Shown here piece after piece: positions 8,511 to 18,235 of a stretch of DNA of 64,000 nucleotides. Each line of letters begins with the position of its first letter. The stretch's first letter is position 1. The notes beneath the pieces were generated by a model that worked only from the letters and a program-made list of their open reading frames with translations, ran no database searches and was not told the DNA's origin. The stretch is from the NCBI GenBank assembly GCA_016209685.1, contig JACQVQ010000013.1:102341-166340 (forward strand), given 5' to 3'. The position numbers and the translations under genes are program-made. The stretch comes from Planctomycetota bacterium (GTDB lineage Bacteria > Planctomycetota > Brocadiia > Brocadiales > Bathyanammoxibiaceae).

Positions 8511-8852
8511 GTGGCCCAATTTGAAATCAAATACGGAGGAGAGTTGCCCAAACAGCCCGCCATAAGGCTGGCCTGTTTCTTCACCATAAAACACGGCGAA
8601 AAGATTTTCTCCTACGAGGTCTATCTAGGCAGGCTCTTATCGGCCACGTGGGGGAACGTCAAGGAGGAAGAGGCAAGGCTCTTTCTAATAGAACTGGGTT
8701 TAAAAGAGGCCAGGGAGCAACTTGCCAAGGGGAATGAGCAAAACGGCTACAAAATTAAACTTGCCCACTGTCCCCGTCCCAGACTCTCTAATGAAAGGCG
8801 GGGCGAACTCCTGGCCTTTATCAGGGGCGAACCAATTACCTTGAACCTGTAG
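8511..8852 (+). CDS. hypothetical protein
   Basis: 113-aa ORF (GTG start) 6 nt after the HicB-like gene; no family recognised; TAG stop lies inside a REP-like palindrome. Confidence 0.4.
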   Translation: MAQFEIKYGGELPKQPAIRLACFFTIKHGEKIFSYEVYLGRLLSATWGNVKEEEARLFLIELGLKEAREQLAKGNEQNGYKIKLAHCPRPRLSNERRGELLAFIRGEPITLNL

Positions 8853-8876
8853 GGGCGTATTGCAATACGCCCCTAC
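8849..8876. repeat. REP-like perfect palindrome GTAGGGGCGTATTGCAATACGCCCCTAC
   Basis: 28-nt palindrome between convergent genes; TAG 8850-8852 stops the + gene and CTA 8873-8875 is the uvrA stop on the - strand. Confidence 0.9.
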
Positions 8877-11776
8877 AAGGGCAAATGTTCCTTCAAGGCC
8901 CCCCCCGTATGAGACCTCTCACACCTGGCCACTGCTTCCGGCGTACCTGCCACTACCACCTCTCCCCCTTCCTCTCCGCCCTCTGGTCCAAGGTCTATGA
9001 CGTAGTCCGCCTGTTTGATGACGTCCAGGTGGTGTTCAATGATTATCACCGTATTGCCCATGTCCACTAGACGGTTGAGGATCTTCAGGAGGTTGTGTAT
9101 ATCTGCAAAGTGTAGACCCACGGTAGGCTCGTCCAGGATGTAGAGGGTCTTGCCCGTAGGGGTCTTGGCCAGTTCGGTAGAGAGCTTCACCCTCTGGGCC
9201 TCTCCCCCTGAGAGGGTGGTGCTGGGCTGGCCCAGGGTTATGTAGCCCAGACCCACCTCCTTTAGTGTCCTTAAGGTCCTCTCTAACCTGGGGATGTTCC
9301 TGAAAAGCTCATGGGCCTCCTCTATCCTCATGGACAGTGCCTCTGCCACGTCCTTTTCTCTATAGGTTATCTCCAGGGTCTCCCTGTTGTATCGCTTCCC
9401 CTTGCATTGGTCACAGGTGACGTAGGTATCGGGCAAGAAGTGCATCTCCAGTCGTTTTATGCCCTGTCCCTCACAACCCTCACAGCGTCCCCCCTTGACG
9501 TTAAAGCTGAAACGCCCTGGGCCATACCCCCTTACCCTGGCCTCCCTGGTCTGGGCGAAGGCCTGCCTTATATGAGTAAAGGCCCCCGTGTAGGTGGCGG
9601 GGTTAGACCTGGGTGTACGGCCAATGGGGGACTGGTCTATCTCTATCACCTTATCTATCTTCTCACTACCCAGGATGCGCTCACAGGCCCCTGGCTTTAC
9701 GTTGCTCCGGTAGATGGCCCTGGCCAGATACCTGTGCAAGGTCTGGTCTACCAGGGTACTCTTGCCTGAACCAGAGACGCCCGTCACGCAGCAGAAGACC
9801 CCCAGGGGTATCTTGACGTCCATTGACTTTAGGTTATTCTCTCTGGCCCCTTTTATCTCTATGCAATTCTTCCAGTCTACCTTCCGCCTCCTGGGAGGTA
9901 TCTCTATCTTTAGACTCCCCTTGAGATAGCTGGCAGTGAGGGAACTATCCCTTTTGAGTATCTCCTCTAAAGACCCTTGAGATACTACCCGCCCCCCTCT
10001 ATCACCGGCCCCGGGCCCGAGGTCCACTATATGGTCTGCGCTGCGGATAGTCTCCTCGTCATGCTCCACTACCAGTATGGTGTTCCCCAAGTCGCGCAGG
10101 GCCTTCAGGGTGGAAATGAGGCGATGCCCGTCCCTGGAGTGGAGGCCGATGGTAGGCTCGTCCAGGACGTAGCAGACCCCCACCAGGCCACTACCTACCT
10201 GAGAGGCCAGCCTTAGACGCTGGGCCTCTCCCCCTGAGAGGGTAGTACTTATCCTGTCCAGGGTAAGGTAGCCAAGCCCCAGTTCTATCATGAACCTCAA
10301 TCGCCCCGTAATCTCCTTTAGAATCTCCCTGGCGATGCGCCCCTTTTCCGCGCCAGAAAAGAGGGTCTGGAATCCATCTAAAGTAGCGAGGGCACGGAGG
10401 GCATCCAGCCCCACGACCTGTCCAATATTCTTACCTCCTATCTCTACTGCAAGAGCCTCGGGCCTGAGTCTGGTCCCCTTACAGCCCTCGCACGTCTGCA
10501 CACACATGTAGGACTCCAGTCTCCTTTTCACGGCCTCCCGTTCCGTCCTGGAATGCAGGTCCTTGAGGAGGGGCAGTGCCCCCTCAAAACCCCTACCGCC
10601 ATGGAGGAGGGTCTCCCTGGTCTCCCTGGACAATTTCCTGAAGGGGGTATCCATCTCCGTGGGGAAGGAATCCCTCAGTAACCTTTCGTAGTAACCATCC
10701 ATCTTACTGCCCCAATCTCTAAGGGCATGGATTGCCCCTTGCCTGAGGCTTAGGGATTTTTCAGGGACTATCAGGTCCGTGTCAAACTCCAGCCTGTAGC
10801 CCAACCCCTCGCAACTCGGGCATGCGCCGTAGGGGCTGTTAAAGGAGAAGAGTCTGGGCGCTGGTTCTTCAAGACCCGTACCGCACTGCCTGCAGGCGTA
10901 GCGTTGGCTGTAAAGGGTGTCCTGCCATGCGGAATGCGGAGTGCGGAGTGCGTTCCGAGTGCGGAATGGGGAGTGCGGATTGCGGAATTTAATTCCGCAT
11001 TCTGCATTCCGCACTCCGCATTCCTGAGAGACTATCATTATCCCCTCTCCCACCTCCAGGCAGGTCTGGATGGAGTTATAGAGCCTGGGCCAGTCGGGTG
11101 TGGCCCTGACGCCCTCTTTCATCACGAGCCTATCCACCATTACCTCTATGTTATGGGTCTTGTAACGGCTGAGTTTTATGGGCTGGGTAATATCCACCAG
11201 GAGGCCATCCACCCTGGCCCTGACGAAGCCCTCCTTCCTCACGGCCTCAAAAACCTCCTTGTGTTCCCCCTTCTTCCCCTTTATTACCGGGGCCAGGAGC
11301 ATCAGCCTGGTACCGGGGGCTATCTGCATCACCCTTTCCACTATCTCGTCCGCACTCTGTCGAGCAACTTCCTGACCGCATTGCGGGCAGTGGGGCGTAC
11401 CCAGTTTGGCAAAGAGCAGTCTGAGGTAGTCGTATGTCTCCGTGACCGTGGCCACGGTGGAGCGAGGGCTGGCAGAAGCGGTGCGCTGTTCAATGGCTAT
11501 GGTTGGGGGGACACCTTCAATGTGGTCTACGTCGGGTTTCTGCATCTGCTCCAGGAACTGGCGGGCATAGGAGGACAGACTTTCTATGTAACGCCTCTGC
11601 CCCTCGGCAAAGATGGTGTCAAAGGCCAGGGAGGACTTCCCGGAGCCGCTCACCCCCGTCACCACCACCAACGCATCCCTGGGGATGTCAATGTCAATAT
11701 TCTTGAGGTTATGCACCCTCGCACCCCTGATAGATATGTATTGGTCTCTTTCTTCCATGATTAAAACCCATATCAT
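8873..11776 (-). CDS. uvrA: excinuclease ABC subunit A (UvrA), carrying an in-frame palindromic insert
   Basis: 967-aa ORF; two ABC modules (GVSGSGKSS x2, LSGGEAQR x2), Zn-module cysteines (CPQCG, CRQCG...CPSCEGLG). ATG at 11758 (MEERDQ...) is an alternative start. Confidence 0.95.
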   Translation of the reverse strand: MIWVLIMEERDQYISIRGARVHNLKNIDIDIPRDALVVVTGVSGSGKSSLAFDTIFAEGQRRYIESLSSYARQFLEQMQKPDVDHIEGVPPTIAIEQRTASASPRSTVATVTETYDYLRLLFAKLGTPHCPQCGQEVARQSADEIVERVMQIAPGTRLMLLAPVIKGKKGEHKEVFEAVRKEGFVRARVDGLLVDITQPIKLSRYKTHNIEVMVDRLVMKEGVRATPDWPRLYNSIQTCLEVGEGIMIVSQECGVRNAECGIKFRNPHSPFRTRNALRTPHSAWQDTLYSQRYACRQCGTGLEEPAPRLFSFNSPYGACPSCEGLGYRLEFDTDLIVPEKSLSLRQGAIHALRDWGSKMDGYYERLLRDSFPTEMDTPFRKLSRETRETLLHGGRGFEGALPLLKDLHSRTEREAVKRRLESYMCVQTCEGCKGTRLRPEALAVEIGGKNIGQVVGLDALRALATLDGFQTLFSGAEKGRIAREILKEITGRLRFMIELGLGYLTLDRISTTLSGGEAQRLRLASQVGSGLVGVCYVLDEPTIGLHSRDGHRLISTLKALRDLGNTILVVEHDEETIRSADHIVDLGPGAGDRGGRVVSQGSLEEILKRDSSLTASYLKGSLKIEIPPRRRKVDWKNCIEIKGARENNLKSMDVKIPLGVFCCVTGVSGSGKSTLVDQTLHRYLARAIYRSNVKPGACERILGSEKIDKVIEIDQSPIGRTPRSNPATYTGAFTHIRQAFAQTREARVRGYGPGRFSFNVKGGRCEGCEGQGIKRLEMHFLPDTYVTCDQCKGKRYNRETLEITYREKDVAEALSMRIEEAHELFRNIPRLERTLRTLKEVGLGYITLGQPSTTLSGGEAQRVKLSTELAKTPTGKTLYILDEPTVGLHFADIHNLLKILNRLVDMGNTVIIIEHHLDVIKQADYVIDLGPEGGEEGGEVVVAGTPEAVARCERSHTGGALKEHLPL
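10928..11033. repeat. 106-bp 'CGGAAT/GCGGAGT' word palindrome inside uvrA
   Basis: TGCGGAATGCGGAGTGCGGAGTGCG...GCGGATTGCGGAATTTAATTCCGCATTCTGCATTCCGCACTCCGCATTCC, centre near 10993; read in-frame as [33 protein letters not shown]. Confidence 0.85.
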
Positions 11777-12289
11777 AACCCTTTAAATACTCAGCTTCAA
11801 TAGGGACAAGGGGTCAGAGGTTAGTGGGTAGCAATCTTTTCCCTAATTCCTACCCCCTAACCCCTGATCCCTAATTAATCAACCCCTGTCAGCAGGAGGT
11901 AAGTAATCCTTGACTTCCCATTGGAGAGGGCTAAAATGCCGTTTCTTATTCCTACTAGTTATAGCTAGAGACTCAGGGGGCAGCAGTCAGCCGTGCCCGA
12001 GGCAGGTCTGACGACTTGCTGATTCCTGATAGCTGATTGCTGATTTTTGACATTTGATCCGCCTGAGGCGGAGAAGGGGTGGATTACCCATGCCCATATA
12101 CTCCACACACTATCCAGATTTATGCTTGCGGATTCTTAAGGACTTCATATACAATGGCCAGGGGTTAGGAATCGGGGAGCATGGGTTAGGGAGTAGCGAG
12201 AAGAAATACAGCACTCAGAATATTCTGTATTCTGTATTCTAATTTTGTCCCCCTGACCCCTAGCCCCTGTTCCCTAACCCCTAGAAGAG

Positions 12290-12366
12290 CGGGGAGTGGC
12301 TCAGCTTGGCAGAGCGCGGCGTTCGGGACGCCGAGGTCGGGGGTTCAAATCCCCCCTCCCCGACCA
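12290..12366 (+). tRNA. tRNA-Pro (anticodon CGG)
   Basis: 77 nt cloverleaf folded by hand: acceptor CGGGGAG/CTCCCCG, D arm GCTC/GAGC, anticodon stem CGGCG/CGCCG with loop TTCGGGA, T arm GGGGG-TTCAAAT-CCCCC, discriminator A, encoded CCA. Confidence 0.9.
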
Positions 12367-12401
12367 GTTTAACACCCCGTATTTTAGGGTGAACAACTTT
12401 T

Positions 12402-12443
12402 AAAAAAAAAGCATCCCCACCTTTTGAGCGGGGATGCCTTTTC
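12402..12443. terminator. bidirectional intrinsic terminator between tRNA-Pro and cspA
   Basis: A9 run, stem GCATCCCC (12411-12418) / GGGGATGC (12430-12437), then CTTTTC. On the minus strand the hairpin is followed by T9, downstream of the cspA stop. Confidence 0.7.
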
Positions 12444-12527
12444 AGCATAAATTTATGTCTGGCTCATACGCTATAATTAATCGTCTTTGGGAAGAAGTTC
12501 ATTATAAGTATGAACGTGCAACATAAA

Positions 12528-12731
12528 CTATACCTTGACTACTTTAGTGGCCTTACGCCCTTTAGTGTCTTCGATTACCTCAAATTCCACCTTATCGCCT
12601 TCGGATAAGGACCTGAACCCCTGAGTTTCAATGGCGCTTTGATGGACGAATACGTCTTTACCACCAGCGTCCGGGGCTATGAAACCGAAACCTTTAGAGT
12701 CGTTAAACCATTTCACTATACCGGTAGACAA
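12528..12731 (-). CDS. cspA: cold-shock protein (CspA family)
   Basis: ORF track extends to 12833, but SD AGGAGGTGA + TTG at 12731 gives a 67-aa protein starting [18 protein letters not shown] (RNP-1 motif). Confidence 0.9.
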   Translation of the reverse strand: MSTGIVKWFNDSKGFGFIAPDAGGKDVFVHQSAIETQGFRSLSEGDKVEFEVIEDTKGRKATKVVKV

Positions 12732-12910
12732 ATTATCACCTCCTTTACTGTCTTCCAAAAGCCTAATTAATAAAAAAAACCACAAAAGCCTCGTACTGTC
12801 CGGCCTTTGTGGTTTCTGACACGACAATACCAACTTTACTGACTACCTCTACTGGCATGTGATTTTACCAGAAATACTAAACTTTGCAACAAAATAATTA
12901 ACAATTTTTT

Positions 12911-12938
12911 GTAGGGGCGTTCAATTGAACGCCCCTAC
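12911..12938. repeat. REP-like palindrome GTAGGGGCGTTCAATTGAACGCCCCTAC
   Basis: Perfect 28-nt palindrome 27 nt downstream of the groEL stop. Confidence 0.85.
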
Positions 12939-12964
12939 CATACTGAACCCTGTCCTACCTAGTC

Positions 12965-14587
12965 CTACCTGACTGCCCCCTCTACCGCCTCGGCCTCTTC
13001 TTCCTCCTCCTTTAGCTCCGTGACCATTGTCTCGGTGGTCAGGAGGAGTCCGGCTACACTGGCGGCGCTTTGTAGGGCAACCCTGGTTACCTTGGTTGGA
13101 TCAACGATACCGGCCTTTATCATGTCTACATACTGAAGGGTATTGGCATCAAAACCTACGTTGGTGGCCTTTCCCTTTACGTCTTCTACCACCACGGCAC
13201 CATTCTCGCCGGTGTTGGTGGCAATCTGTCTCATGGGGGACTCCAGGGCTTTTATTATAATGTCCAGCCCAAGCTTCTCGTCACCTCTGAATTTCTTCCT
13301 GGCCTCTTGCAGGACAGGGATTGTCCTGATATAGGCCACGCCGCCCCCAGGGATGATGCCCTCTTCTACGGCGGCCCTGGTGGCATGGAGGGCGTCTTCT
13401 ACCCTGGCCTTCTTTTCGTTCATCTCTGCCTCTGTGGCCGCTCCTACCTTTATCACTGCCACGCCCCCCGTGAGTTTTGCCAGTCGCTCCTGGAGTTTCT
13501 CCTTGTCGTAGTCAGAGGTGGAGGCCTCCACCTGGTTCCTAATCTGGGTGATACGGGCCTGGATATCGGTCTTTTTGCCTTCTCCGCCCACCACGGTAGT
13601 CTTATCCTTATCTACGGTAACCTTCTTGGCATGGCCCAGGTCTGGGATGTCCAGGGTCTCTAGTTTCACCCCCAGGTCTTCCGTGACGGCCCTGCCATTA
13701 ATTAGGATAGCTATGTCTTCCAGCATGGCCTTCCTGCGGTCGCCGAAACCCGGGGCCTTGACCGCACAGCACTGGAGTACGCCACGGAGTTTATTCACTA
13801 CCATGGCGGCCAGGGCCTCTCCCTCCACGTCGTCTGCAATGATGAGAAGGGGCTTGCCGCTGGTGGAAATCTTCTCCAGCAATGGGATTAGTTCCTTCAG
13901 GGCCGAAATCTTTTTCTCGTGGATGAGGACGTAAGGGTCTTCAAATTCCACCAGCATCTTTTGAGGGTTAGTAACAAAATAGGGGGAGATGTATCCCTTA
14001 TCAAACTGCATCCCTTCTACCACGTCCAGTCGGGTCTCCACTCCCCTGGCATCCTCTACGGTGATAACACCGTCTTTGCCCACCTTTTCCATGGCATCGG
14101 CCAGGAGGGTGCCAATAAAAGAGTCATTATTGGCAGATATAGTGCCCACCTGGGCAATCTCGGCCCGTCCCTTCACGGGTTTGGAGAGTTTTTGTATCTC
14201 TTCTACTACTAATTCTACGGCCCGGTCTATGCCCCTCTTGAGGGCGATGGGGTTGGCGCCTGCCGTAATGGACTTGATCCCCTCTTTAAAAATGGCCTCG
14301 GCCAGGATGGTGGCAGTGGTAGTACCATCTCCTGCGGCATCACTGGTCTTAGAGGCCACCTCGTTTACCAGCTTGGCCCCCATGTTCTCAAAAGGGTCCT
14401 TAAGCTCCACCTCTTTGGCCACTGTGACACCGTCTTTAGTCACAGATGGGGAACCAAAGCCCTTTTCCAGGATGACGTTCCGGCCCGTCGGGCCCATGGT
14501 GACCCGGACGACGTCGGCTAGCTGTTTTATCCCCTGAAGGAGCTTTTTCCTGGCCTCTATATCGTAAAGCAATTGTTTGGCTGCCAC
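12965..14587 (-). CDS. groEL: chaperonin GroEL (copy downstream of groES)
   Basis: ORF track extends to 14617; SD GGGAGG + GTG at 14587 gives VAAKQLLYD..., 540 aa; GDGTTTAT motif; acidic tail ...[15 protein letters not shown] instead of a GGM repeat. Confidence 0.93.
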   Translation of the reverse strand: MAAKQLLYDIEARKKLLQGIKQLADVVRVTMGPTGRNVILEKGFGSPSVTKDGVTVAKEVELKDPFENMGAKLVNEVASKTSDAAGDGTTTATILAEAIFKEGIKSITAGANPIALKRGIDRAVELVVEEIQKLSKPVKGRAEIAQVGTISANNDSFIGTLLADAMEKVGKDGVITVEDARGVETRLDVVEGMQFDKGYISPYFVTNPQKMLVEFEDPYVLIHEKKISALKELIPLLEKISTSGKPLLIIADDVEGEALAAMVVNKLRGVLQCCAVKAPGFGDRRKAMLEDIAILINGRAVTEDLGVKLETLDIPDLGHAKKVTVDKDKTTVVGGEGKKTDIQARITQIRNQVEASTSDYDKEKLQERLAKLTGGVAVIKVGAATEAEMNEKKARVEDALHATRAAVEEGIIPGGGVAYIRTIPVLQEARKKFRGDEKLGLDIIIKALESPMRQIATNTGENGAVVVEDVKGKATNVGFDANTLQYVDMIKAGIVDPTKVTRVALQSAASVAGLLLTTETMVTELKEEEEEAEAVEGAVR

Positions 14588-14607
14588 AGTATTCCTCCCT
14601 ATTCGTT

Positions 14608-14661
14608 GGGCGGACACGCAGGTCTACCCTACAATGGGCAGACACATAGGTCTGCCCCTAC
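14608..14661. repeat. tandem REP-like hairpins between groES and groEL
   Basis: GGGCGGACACGCAGGTCTACCCTAC + GGGCAGACACATAGGTCTGCCCCTAC; the terminal CTA (14658-14660) is the groES stop codon on the - strand. Confidence 0.8.
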
Positions 14662-14948
14662 TCCTCTATCTTGGCTAGAAGGTCAGTTTCTTTCATGATG
14701 AGATATTCTTTACCATCCACGGTTATTTCCGTTCCAGCGTACTTCCCAAAGAGGACAGAGTCCCCCTTCTTGACGGGGAGGTGCGCCCTCTTGCCCGATT
14801 CCAGGAGCCTGCCCTCCCCTATTGCCACTACCCTACCCTTTTGGGGCTTCTCCTTAGCAGTATCAGGGAGCACTATGCCTCCCGGGGTCTTTTCCTCTGC
14901 CTCCGTCCTTTCTATCACTATCCTGTCGTCTAAAGGTTTTATAGGCAT
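14658..14948 (-). CDS. groES: co-chaperonin GroES
   Basis: 96-aa [32 protein letters not shown]..., typical Cpn10. Confidence 0.95.
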   Translation of the reverse strand: MPIKPLDDRIVIERTEAEEKTPGGIVLPDTAKEKPQKGRVVAIGEGRLLESGKRAHLPVKKGDSVLFGKYAGTEITVDGKEYLIMKETDLLAKIEE

Positions 14949-14969
14949 ACTACTTCCTCCTTTAAAAAA

Positions 14970-15058
14970 GGTTACAGGTAACAGGTTACAGGGGACAGGG
15001 AGAAAGATTTTTACATGCTTCCCTGTCTCCTGTTTCCTGTCCCTTGTTTCCTGTTTCC
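14970..15058. repeat. 'ACAGG/CCTGT' word hairpin between groEL and groES
   Basis: Left arm GGTTACAGGTAACAGGTTACAGGGGACAGGG, right arm CCCTGTCTCCTGTTTCCTGTCCCTTGTTTCCTGTTTCC; imperfectly complementary. Confidence 0.7.
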
Positions 15059-15062
15059 TAGT

Positions 15063-16691
15063 TTACATCATGGGTGGCCTGGGTCCGCCTGGGGCTAATT
15101 TTTCTTCTTTCTTCGGTATCTCGCTTATCACGCAATCCACCGTAAGGAGGGTACCGGCTATGCTCACGGCGTTCTGGAGGGCACAGCGGGCCACCTTCGT
15201 GGGGTCTATCACCCCGGTCTCCAGCATGTTGCAGAATTCTTGCCTCTCTGCGTCAAAACCGTAGGCCTGGTCTTTGGACTCCAGTATCCTCTTTACCACT
15301 ACAGAGCCTTCCATCCCGCTATTCTCAGCAATCTGGGCGGCGGGTACCGTGAGGGCCCTTCTTATGATGTCCACCCCTACTGCCTCATCCCCTTTAAGGC
15401 CAAGACCGTTTTCAAGTATGGCGGCCGTCCTGAGCAAGGCCACCCCGCCTCCTGGTAAGATGCCCTCTTCTATGGCCGCCCTGGTGGCGTGTAAGGCGTC
15501 CTCCATGAGGGCCTTTTTGGCCTTCATCTCCGTCTCCGTAGCGGCACCTACGTTTATCTGGGCCACCCCGCCGGCCAGCTTGGCCAATCTCTCCTGGAAT
15601 TTCTCCTTATCGTAGTCACTCGTGGTGGCCTCCATCTCGGTACGTATCTGTTTTATCCGCCCGACCACTGCATCATGGGAACCAGCCCCCTGGATTATCG
15701 TGGTATGCTCCGAGTCTACGGTCACCTTCTTGGCCCGGCCTAACTGGTTCAACTCCACCTCCTCCAGTTGCACGCCCAGGTCTTTGAAGAGGGCCTCTCC
15801 TCCGGTAAGGATAGCAATGTCCTCTAGCATGGCCTTCCTCCTGTCGCCGTAGCCGGGGGCCTTGACGGCACAGCAGGATATGGTCCCTTTGAGCTTATTC
15901 ACCACCAGGGTCGCAAGGGCCTCACCCTCCACGTCCTCAGATATGAGGAGGAGGGGCCTGCCGCTCCTGGCAATCTTCTCAAGTAAGGGTACTAAATTCT
16001 TTATGCCTGACAGTTTGTCCTCATAGACAAGTATGTAGGGGTTGTCCAGTTCTACCCGCATATCTTCGGCATTGGTTACAAAGTGGGGGGAGAGGTATCC
16101 TCTATCAAACTGCATCCCCTCCACCACCTCCACCTCCGTTACGGGGCGGCGGCCTTCTTCTACGGTAATAACCCCGTCTTTGCCCACCTTCTCCATGGCA
16201 TCAGCAATCATCTTTCCTATCTCAGGGTCATTGTTAGCAGAGATGGTGCCAACGCTGGCAATCTCCTGCTGGTCCTTTATCTTCTTACTCATCTCTTTAA
16301 GTCTTTCCACCACCTTCTCTACGGCCTTACGCATCCCACGGTTCAGGGCCATAGCGTCAGCCCCGGCGGCAATGTTCTTCAGCCCCTCCTTGAAGATAGC
16401 CTCGGCAAGGACTGTGGCGGTCGTGGTACCGTCCCCAGCTACATCACTAGTCTTAGAAGCCACCTCCCTAACCAGACGTGCGCCCATATTCTCATAGGGG
16501 TCCTTCAGTTCTATCTCTTCGGCTACGGTAACACCGTCCTTGGTTACTGTGGGGCTGCCGTAACCCTTATCCAGGATGGCATGTCTACCCCTGGGACCCA
16601 GGGTGCTCTTCACGGCACGTGCTAACTTGGCTACTCCCCTTAGTAATGCCTCTCTTGCTTCTTCCTTGAAGGCTAGCTGTTTGGCTGCCAT
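15063..16691 (-). CDS. groEL: chaperonin GroEL (copy upstream of groES)
   Basis: 542-aa [16 protein letters not shown]...; GDGTTTAT motif; tail ...[10 protein letters not shown]. Confidence 0.95.
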   Translation of the reverse strand: MAAKQLAFKEEAREALLRGVAKLARAVKSTLGPRGRHAILDKGYGSPTVTKDGVTVAEEIELKDPYENMGARLVREVASKTSDVAGDGTTTATVLAEAIFKEGLKNIAAGADAMALNRGMRKAVEKVVERLKEMSKKIKDQQEIASVGTISANNDPEIGKMIADAMEKVGKDGVITVEEGRRPVTEVEVVEGMQFDRGYLSPHFVTNAEDMRVELDNPYILVYEDKLSGIKNLVPLLEKIARSGRPLLLISEDVEGEALATLVVNKLKGTISCCAVKAPGYGDRRKAMLEDIAILTGGEALFKDLGVQLEEVELNQLGRAKKVTVDSEHTTIIQGAGSHDAVVGRIKQIRTEMEATTSDYDKEKFQERLAKLAGGVAQINVGAATETEMKAKKALMEDALHATRAAIEEGILPGGGVALLRTAAILENGLGLKGDEAVGVDIIRRALTVPAAQIAENSGMEGSVVVKRILESKDQAYGFDAERQEFCNMLETGVIDPTKVARCALQNAVSIAGTLLTVDCVISEIPKKEEKLAPGGPRPPMM

Positions 16692-16808
16692 TAAAATACC
16701 TCCTGTCGGTTCTATACCTACTACCTATCTATTTGTGACTACTTACTTGCTTGTTCGGACAGAAATCGCAAACGTTATGCCAAAGCCTACTGTATACACA
16801 AAGACGGT

Positions 16809-16837
16809 AGTATATTAGAAAAAGGAGACTTACGCAA
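16809..16837 (-). promoter_or_regulatory. candidate sigma70-type promoter upstream of groEL-groES-groEL
   Basis: Minus strand reads TTGCGT-17 nt-TATACT about 115 nt upstream of the groEL start. I did not see a CIRCE inverted repeat. Confidence 0.3.
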
Positions 16838-16881
16838 GTGGACTTTTCTCCAGACCATATCACTACCTGCCAATCTGACAG

Positions 16882-16992
16882 GAGCTAGGGAGTAGGGGGT
16901 AGGGAAAGAATAAAGAATACAGTAGTCAGAATTCAGGACGGCCGTTCTTTATTCTGACTTCTGAATTCTTAATTCTTGCCCCTGGCCCCTGG
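16882..16992. repeat. ~105-bp dispersed repeat, copy 2 (no nested CCGCC hairpin)
   Basis: Homologous to 3536-3639. Where copy 1 has TCCGCCTCAGGTGGATAG, this copy has AATTCAG. Confidence 0.8.
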
Positions 16993-17102
16993 ATTTGGGG
17001 GTGGTAATGGGGCTTTGCCCCTTTATATCTCCAGTTAAAGGCAAAAAATGAAAACCCTTTACAATGGTATACTAACTAGCGTCCCAACACCAGAAAAAGA
17101 AG

Positions 17103-17130
17103 TTGACAGAAGGGCTGGTTTTGCTATAAT
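17103..17130 (+). promoter_or_regulatory. candidate sigma70 promoter for the PPIase gene
   Basis: TTGACA (17103-17108), 16-nt spacer, TATAAT (17125-17130), about 50 nt before ATG 17183. Confidence 0.55.
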
Positions 17131-17182
17131 ACTTTAAGTTTCTATCTTATATAACCTTATAGCAAAGGGAAGTAGTGGTCTT

Positions 17183-18142
17183 ATGCCCAATCCTCCTGGG
17201 ATGTTATATATATTTTGTCTCTTATCCTCCCTACTCTACCTCTTTACAAGCCCCTCTGTAGCCTCTGAACCACTATCCACTGAGGCGGCAATGGAGGCGG
17301 TGGCCCTCCCTGAAGGTGACGTGGTTGCGGAGGTAAACGGACAAAAGATAGGGCGGCAGGAACTCTCTGAACTACTCATAGAGAGCTTTGGGGAGCAGGC
17401 CCTGGACGTCCTCATCAGGAGGGCGATAATCTATCAGCAGGCCCAGAAATTAGGAATAACCGTGGACCCGCAGGAGGTAACTGAAAGGCTTAACAAGCTC
17501 CTGGACGGAGAGATAAACGCACTGGTAAAGGCCAGGGGGATGAAGGACTCCTCAGAACTGGCCGAAGAGATAAAACAGATGGGTATGGACCTGCCGACAC
17601 TGAAAGAACGCATGGCCGCCAGGATAAGGAAGGGGATGGAAACAGAACTCCTTGCGGAAAAGATAGTGGAAGGTACCGTTGTCGTCACCGAAGAGGATCT
17701 ACACCATGCCTTTGAAGAGGAGTATGGAGAAAAGATAGAGGCCTGTCAGATTGTATTGAGCACCAAAAAAGAGGCTGAGGATCTGCTGAAAAAACTTAAG
17801 GCAGGGGCAGATTTTGAGACCCTGGCCAGGAATGAGTCCATAGAAAGACTTTCCGCCGCCAGTGGGGGTAGAATCCGCCCATTTGGTCCCAAGGAAGGGG
17901 TGTTCGGCCCAGCAACGGCCAAGCTGGAAAAGGGGGAGATAAGTGACATTATTAAGACAGATGAGGGCTACCACATCCTTAAGGTAATCAATAAGAAACC
18001 CAGGGCCAGTGAAAAATTTAAGGACGTCCGTCCTGAACTGGAAAAGCTGGTAAAACAAAGGACAGTAAAGAAGAGGCTAGGGCCCTGGCTGGCCAGCTTA
18101 CTGGAAAGGGCAGATATAAAGAAGTATCTTGCTACCTATTAA
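17183..18142 (+). CDS. periplasmic parvulin-type peptidyl-prolyl isomerase (SurA/PrsA-like)
   Basis: 319-aa ORF; signal peptide; helical N-region then parvulin domain (...ISDIIKTDEGYHILKVINKK...). Confidence 0.75.
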   Translation: MPNPPGMLYIFCLLSSLLYLFTSPSVASEPLSTEAAMEAVALPEGDVVAEVNGQKIGRQELSELLIESFGEQALDVLIRRAIIYQQAQKLGITVDPQEVTERLNKLLDGEINALVKARGMKDSSELAEEIKQMGMDLPTLKERMAARIRKGMETELLAEKIVEGTVVVTEEDLHHAFEEEYGEKIEACQIVLSTKKEAEDLLKKLKAGADFETLARNESIERLSAASGGRIRPFGPKEGVFGPATAKLEKGEISDIIKTDEGYHILKVINKKPRASEKFKDVRPELEKLVKQRTVKKRLGPWLASLLERADIKKYLATY

Positions 18143-18146
18143 TATC

Positions 18147-18225
18147 AGGAGACAGGTTGCAGGTTACAGACAACAGGGAAAACATTCTTTTAATCTGTTC
18201 CCTGTCCCCTGTTTCCTGTTCCCTC
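18147..18225. repeat. 'ACAGG/CCTGT' word hairpin downstream of the PPIase gene
   Basis: CAGGAGACAGGTTGCAGGTTACAGACAACAGGG...CTGTTCCCTGTCCCCTGTTTCCTGTTCCC. Confidence 0.7.
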
Positions 18226-18235
18226 TAACCTAATC

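Noticed and set aside
10928-11033. Insert in uvrA as an intein or intron
   Set aside because: About 35 codons is far too short for an intein and lacks intein splice motifs. No group I/II intron features are present. The simple explanation is a translated palindromic repeat. RNA-level removal is not formally excluded and is listed as a check.
13027-16625. Many long antisense/alternative-frame ORFs inside groEL, uvrA, leuS, gatB and other genes (ORF track)
   Set aside because: These are shadow ORFs within strongly supported conserved genes. Their composition is biased (Ser/Pro/Ala/Thr-rich) and none has an independent signal.
16692-16860. CIRCE (HrcA) operator upstream of the chaperonin cluster
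   Set aside because: No TTAGCACTC-N9-GAGTGCTAA-like inverted repeat was seen by eye. Only a weak sigma70-like candidate is reported.
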